The notes below the pieces were generated by a model, which did not search any database, was not told where the DNA came from, and was given only the letters and a program-made list of their open reading frames with translations. From Octopus sinensis (Eukaryota): DNA of 64,000 nucleotides. The stretch lies in assembly GCF_006345805.1 (NCBI RefSeq), contig NC_043004.1, positions 66,588,001 to 66,652,000 on the forward strand, given 5' to 3'. Made by a program: the position numbers and the translations under genes. This document shows positions 57,785-64,000 of this stretch, piece after piece. Position 1 is the stretch's first letter. Each line of letters begins with the position of its first letter.

Positions 57785-57962
57785 ATGTTTGTGTTTGCAT
57801 TACATGGAGATATATCTCTACTTCCCCTCCCCAAGCTTTCAGCTATATTTCAACAACTCTTAACCTTCACTTGCCCTAGGGCGCTGGGTGTGCCCCGGCA
57901 GGTGATTGCATCAAACATGCAGATTAAAAGTAAATGACAATGATAATAATAATGATAATAAT

Positions 57963-58000
<38 letters not shown>

Positions 58001-58002
<2 letters not shown>

Positions 58003-58190
58003 TCGAAAAATACATTAGAAATGAGAACACAGGTTCGAAATCTCCTCAAGACACCTGAAGAAGGATTCAGGGTATATCAGCCGAAACGTTGTATTAACAA
58101 CAAACAAAATGAGGACAAATATTCGTCGAATGCAAATAATATAAATAATGTACATAATTTCTCATCTATTAAATATAGAACTGTATTACT
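58001..58190 (+). mobile_element. SINE family E tail (no head), with a minimal hammerhead-like motif at 58051-58094
   Basis: Reverse complement of 52870-53030. ACAC-CTGAAGA-AGGATTC..CAGCC-GAAACGT-T-GTAT. Confidence 0.8.
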
Positions 58191-59063
58191 TTTTGTTTCT
58201 TCTTCAAAAGAAAGCAGAAAACACACAAGAGACGTGGACTGAAGCGATATTAACGAGGCGAGAGGGGATGTAACTTCAATAGAAAGTGTAACGATATCCA
58301 AAAACTACGATGAACATTTGCCTCCGGTGTAATGTGGATGAAATGCATTATGTAATCATTTCAGGATAATGTCTACATTACTAGAAATGCTGCATGAGTC
58401 CTTCGCAAAGCTCTGTTAATATGGATTGAATAGCATCAGATTAGAGTGGAAAAATTTCGCATATCAAACCTGAAATACCGATTAAAAAACATTTTGCCCA
58501 AAGTTAAATCGAAAACGTCCTAGATTCGGTTACATATTCAAAGCTTCACTCCTGAAATTACCAAAAGCATACAAGGAAAGATAAATATGAAATAATTCCA
58601 AACTAAATGAAATAAACATGAAGCTAGTAATCGCATTGTCACTTGCTGTATTTTTTAATGAAAGATAGAACATGATGCGAGGCATGATAAAGTTGGGACT
58701 AAGCACAGTTCAGTAAATGTCGCAGAGCTGAGAAAGATAAATGTAATATATTCTGTGGTAAGTGAAGCCATGAAAGCAACAGGATCATATTTACTAGTCT
58801 GATAGGCTTGTAAAATTTGAACAGTACCTCCGTTCCCCTTCGGAATAAAACATAATTCATCTTCAAAATAATGGAGGTTATATTGAAATATGATCGAAAA
58901 GTAGGGACCGTCATAATGAGGAACGGAGGTGGAGATGATCCCTATAACAATAGATGCCATGCCTGGGGCCTGGTTAAAGTACTTGAAGTCAAATTGTTTA
59001 GCAGAACTATGTCCAATATAAAACACATATCACAATTGAAATAGGATATTAGATAGCGTACTA

Positions 59064-59260
59064 AGGCGGTGAGTCGGCAGAATCGTTAGCATGCCAGACA
59101 AAATGCTTGGCGTCATTTCGTTCGTCTTTAAGTTCAAGTGTTCGAATTCATCGTCTCGAGGTCGATAAAATAAGTAACAGTTGAGCACTGGGGTCAATGT
59201 GATCAAAATCCGTTCTACTCCGAACATGATGGTCTTGTGCCAAAATTTGAAACCGATATA
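59064..59260 (+). mobile_element. SINE family B
   Basis: AGGCGGTGAGTCGGCAGAATCGTTAGCATGCC... Confidence 0.8.
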
Positions 59261-60776
59261 TCATAGAGTACTAATATGACAAGAATTAGAATATCAAAGC
59301 TAAAATATCTACACCTTCCGAAGGGGAATATGCCAGCACTCTGTTGCTCAGAGAAATAACGCGATAAATATATTAATTCATTAATGTTTTTGATGGACGT
59401 TGAAGAAAATATAGACTACGTTACAAAGGCATATTTAGAAGCAGTGAATAATATTTTCTCTAGGAAAATAGAAGTAAAAAAAAAATAGAAGAAAATCAGT
59501 TTTGATGAGTTGAAAATGTATAAACTGAAAAATGTGTTGCCGAAAGGAGAGAGATTAACCTTAGGAAAACCAAAGGTTTGCAAAGGCATCTAGATGTTCG
59601 TCGACTGTATGGCAATTGCTTTCATGAGTTATAGCATTAAAACGATGATTCAGAGGGATCTTTTCAGAGAGTCGTAGCAAACAGATCCGCTCACACCAAC
59701 ATAACTGAAAGTACGGTATTTAGTACAACATTAAGAGAAATAATTAAATCTTTTTTCTGCTATGAGTTAGATTGTATGACGTGGCGATAAGCCAAATTTA
59801 TCAAAATTCTTTTTAGCTGACTTGCTCTGCCACACCACATACGTTTGTACAACATAAACAACGCTATGCATTGTTTTTTTCTAATTTTTAGCTTTAAAGT
59901 TGAAGTTTTGTGTTAGACAAAGATTAAATAGCGATTTAATGCGTTTTCATATAATTGTCATCCATCATATCAAGTTAATGGTTTACATCATCGTCTAAAT
60001 ATGATATGAAAAGAAATATTCGAATTAAATAAGAGAACGCTATTCTTATGTCTTCAAATATATTAGCGTAAACAATTATTTTCATAAATATATTTCTATC
60101 ACATAGACACGAAGGACATTGAACTTATAAATGTAACAACATAACAAACCAATCAAATCGGAACAAGAAAAAACAGATTGTATTACAAATATAGATCCAT
60201 TCCCCACAAAAAAAATCGAATGCAATGAATTTTATGTTTTCTCATAATAACTGTTTTTGGATACGAATAACATTCAGAATTCAATAGAGCAAGCCGTAAT
60301 TTGAATCCTGCGGAACTAATGTATTTTAAACGACCATTAACGTTAAGAACGAGAACATGATATAGCTTTATAAATACATTCAACTGTGTTATTTTATTGT
60401 ACCGTTTTGAGGCTTGTGCACTAAATGTTACTCCATTGCAAGCTCAAAATCACTGCCGTGACCATAAGGTATAATATTTGTGTCTTCCATTTACAGAAAA
60501 GTAAATTATTGTTCTAAGCAAGGAAGGAATTTTTTTCACTTTGAAATTAATCTACGACATAGCAAATATTACTAAACATATTACTTTAAATATTTCTGGT
60601 CATAACTATAGACTCGAATATACTTATAATAATATCCCCATCTCCTGATACTTGTTGGTCCCCACTTCTAATCCTTTGAGCACCCTTCCTAACATTTTAT
60701 GTAGTTTTCTTACCCCATGTTTCAAAGGCAGCCTTAAAATCAGCAATATATATATATTTATTTTTAATTTGGAGCC

Positions 60777-62077
60777 TTGAGTGATATCGACTTGAATACT
60801 CATCATTATTTTCTTTTCTTATTGTGTCTCGGATCTAGCCTCAACCCAACACCGTTTTAGCATCATTCTCTTGCATTTTGTGTCTGCATAATTGTGCATC
60901 TGTCCGACGCTGGTTAACATACGTCATCCAACTTCCTCTTCTCCCTACCGCTTTTAACACTGACCACTACTCTTTTGTTTCTCTCCTTGACAGAAATTCA
61001 TTCCATAATTACCCTAATACTACTAACAGGCATTACACTTCAGTTTGTTCGCTTCGTTACCAGTCGTTCCACACCCTTGAAGAAACTGTGACTGGAAGAT
61101 CAATCTTTTAGAAATCTGAAAGTAACCGAAAATATTTTGTCTTCCAAGTTGTTAATTTAACTGTAGGCCCATAAAGATAAAAACCAAATCTAATATGGGT
61201 GTAATTTGAACGATGTGGGTCAAATCAAACCACAATATTTGTACAGAATATGTTCATTAATTTGTAAAATCAGAGCTGATATGTTAACAACACATTATAG
61301 ACCGACTTAAACGGGACAAAATATAATTATTTTATTTCAAATAAAAATTATATAGTGTACGTATGCGTTTATTAAACTTGGAATCATATTGTTAAGGGCA
61401 TTTTCACGACAATGATCAAATGAATATATTTTCTGAATTTGTAGTTGTAATACGGTGTTGGGTTGAGGCTAGGTCCGAGACACAATAAGAAAAGAAAATA
61501 ATGATGAGTATTCAAGCCGATATCACTCAATTGGCAGGATTATCCGGTGTTACTCGGGTTACCGCTGTTGTTGTTCAAATTAGTAAACAATAATTATGAA
61601 GAAATATTTTTTCTCATAATTATTTTAATATATGTATATTTTATTAAAAAATATCCAAATCGTAATGAAAATAGAATTTCGAACTGAAAACTCTGTCAAT
61701 CTTGAAGCACCTTACGGTAAACAATATTAATTGTGTAATTTTTGCCCCAAGGAATCGAACATCAATGTTGATACCCGGAAAATATGACAGATATTTTTTC
61801 CGAAAGATCTACTAACCTGAAAATTATCATAAAATAGAGCAAAAGATATCTGAATAATAAATCATTATATGAACTGATTAATCACAAAGTAGAGACGTTG
61901 TACAACATTAAGAAGAACAACTTTAGAAAGATTGCTTTGCAGTAAGCTTCCTGTTCTTTATGCACATAGCTCAAATTACACCAATATTAGTTTTAGTTTT
62001 CATTCTTTATGGGCCCACAGTTGTTACTCATGTTACCGGTGTTCTTATTCAAATTAGCAAACAATAATTTTGAAGAT
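60777..62077. repeat. Interleaved inverted and direct repeats ending at (TA)n
   Basis: A 60777-60855 / A' 61452-61530 (inverted); B 61159-61217 / B' 61963-62022 (inverted); C 61549-61603 / C 62022-62077 (direct). Confidence 0.75.
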
Positions 62078-62144
62078 ATATATAACTGAAGATATATATA
62101 TATGTAAATGAATATATATAAATGAATATATATATATATATATA

Positions 62145-62218
<74 letters not shown>

Positions 62219-62685
62219 TTCTATATTTTGATCGATTCCTCACTTCTCGCATTGTCTGTGCATCTTTCACTTTTGCAAGATTGTAACTGTTTAAAAATCT
62301 GGTGAGTAATAATGTCAAACAGAAATCAAAAGCATCCAAACTCGTCTTCTTCCACAATGGACAGTCAGGTGTTACAAGTCCATCAAGGCTATCAGGTTAT
62401 GGATCACAAAGACAAATATAGATATTTACATACACACATAGATCACGCTAGCGTGCACAAAGTAATTCTACTGGGGAACATATCGAGGCATGCATATGAA
62501 GTGATGTATACATATTTGTGCATGCACTATGAGAAGCTTCTTAAACATATATCGCTGCGTATCTTCTCTTCTTCACACGACAGTAGTGTTTTGATAATTA
62601 CAGAATGTACGGTAATATATCCTTTAGATTAATGTATATATTATATATTTGGATTCATACACACATGTACATGCACACGTATTTA

Positions 62686-62687
<2 letters not shown>

Positions 62688-62756
<69 letters not shown>

Positions 62757-62757
62757 A

Positions 62758-62788
<31 letters not shown>

Positions 62789-62790
62789 AT
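62688..62790. repeat. (TCTA)n microsatellite followed by (TA)n
   Basis: Direct inspection. Confidence 0.95.
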
Positions 62791-62919
62791 ATATATATAC
62801 ATATATATGCATATATATATATTATTTATATATATATATAGAAATATATATATATATATGCATATATATATGCATATATATATATGCATATATATGTATT
62901 TATATATATATATATATGC

Positions 62920-62970
<51 letters not shown>

Positions 62971-63190
62971 TTACTAATGACACACATACACACTTACATA
63001 TAAGCGGGTATGTGATGAGATAAACAAGCACAAACATATATTCAGTTCATTTTCCACTTTACGTTTATTGTTTATTTATTATTGATATCATTCTTGCCGT
63101 TATGTATTATGTGATATAAACATTTATGTCAACATCATTATTATCACGGTCATTATTATTATCATTATTATTATAATTATTATTTTTAAT

Positions 63191-63223
<33 letters not shown>

Positions 63224-63628
63224 TTAACTGTTCGTATTCAATTTCTCATTGTTATAAATTTATATTCACATCGATCTGAATACGAGAAAACTATGGCAAA
63301 TACACAAAGCTTCTATTTTCCAAAATGCAAATCAATGCAAAATATCTATCGAAATTTGAGTTCTTTCATGTGCACACACATTTGTTTTTCAATTTCTTGT
63401 CTTGCAAATGGATTTCATATTGTCCTATTCCTGTCTTTCAGCAAATAATGAGCGATTTTACTATTTGTTTTGTTCTTCCAGTTTCCTTCCAGCCAACTAT
63501 AGAGAAATTTTAAGCGTTGACAACAAAGAAAATAACCCCTATGCAATGCGTAATTGTAGCAATTATGGTTTGCATTCCGAAATATCTAGACAATTTTGAT
63601 TTCCTTTAAGACCGGATTGTAAATTGTC

Positions 63629-63675
<47 letters not shown>

Positions 63676-63678
63676 TGT

Positions 63679-63717
<39 letters not shown>

Positions 63718-64000
63718 TGAGTGCGTGTGAGTGTGTATGAGTGAGTATTTCCATAACTTACCGTAACGTAATATAACGCATGGGCTAGAGTATAAAATTG
63801 TAGGCTTTTAATTTCCTGTGTAGCTAATAGTCTTGATGCAAAATTCTTCCATTTATTTCTTTCTTCGTTCTGAAAACATTTGGGAAATTACGATGCTCTG
63901 AATGTTTTTCTCTTTTAGAGATAACGTAGTTTCATGTAGAAAGTTTGGTAAATGTCGACGTAGTTGGCAACTACGCGTCTTTTAATGGCACTATGATTAT

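Larger units (their letters stand above)
53340..57935 (+). mobile_element. Near full-length R4/Dong-clade (RLE-type) non-LTR retrotransposon inserted in (TAA)n
   Basis: One disrupted ORF with Myb-like, RT, CCHC and PD-(D/E)xK RLE motifs. (TAC)n(TAA)n at 53137-53339 and (TAA)n at 57937-58000. The 5' boundary is approximate. Confidence 0.93.

Noticed and set aside
58655-59026. 123-aa minus-strand ORF and a possible plus-strand exon ending at GTAAGT (~58779)
   Set aside because: No recognisable domain, a weak acceptor, and no linked exons.

Overview
Very AT-rich, repeat-saturated metazoan non-coding DNA. The (TA)n/(TAA)n/(GATA)n tracts and tRNA-headed SINE families look like an octopus/cephalopod genome (inference from pattern recognition, not a database hit). 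No host protein-coding gene can be called with confidence, and almost all ORFs in the supplied track are microsatellite translations. The only substantial coding sequence is a near full-length but disabled R4/Dong-clade non-LTR retrotransposon (~53340-57935, +): Myb-like N-terminus, RT, CCHC knuckle and restriction-like endonuclease, inserted in a (TAA)n tract. Two older relics of other Dong-like families lie nearby. The most striking unexplained structure is a ~1.67 kb array (41612-43285) of a ~488-bp non-coding unit in tandem and inverted orientation, inserted in the (TA)n spacer of a SINE. The unit carries a complete type I hammerhead ribozyme fold with a self-complementary stem III, making it a candidate retrozyme or Penelope-like pseudo-LTR element. 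Minimal or decayed hammerhead cores also occur in a SINE-associated tail and at the junctions of other fold-back elements beside (TA)n. Together these suggest several families of small ribozyme-bearing, microsatellite-targeting retroelements.
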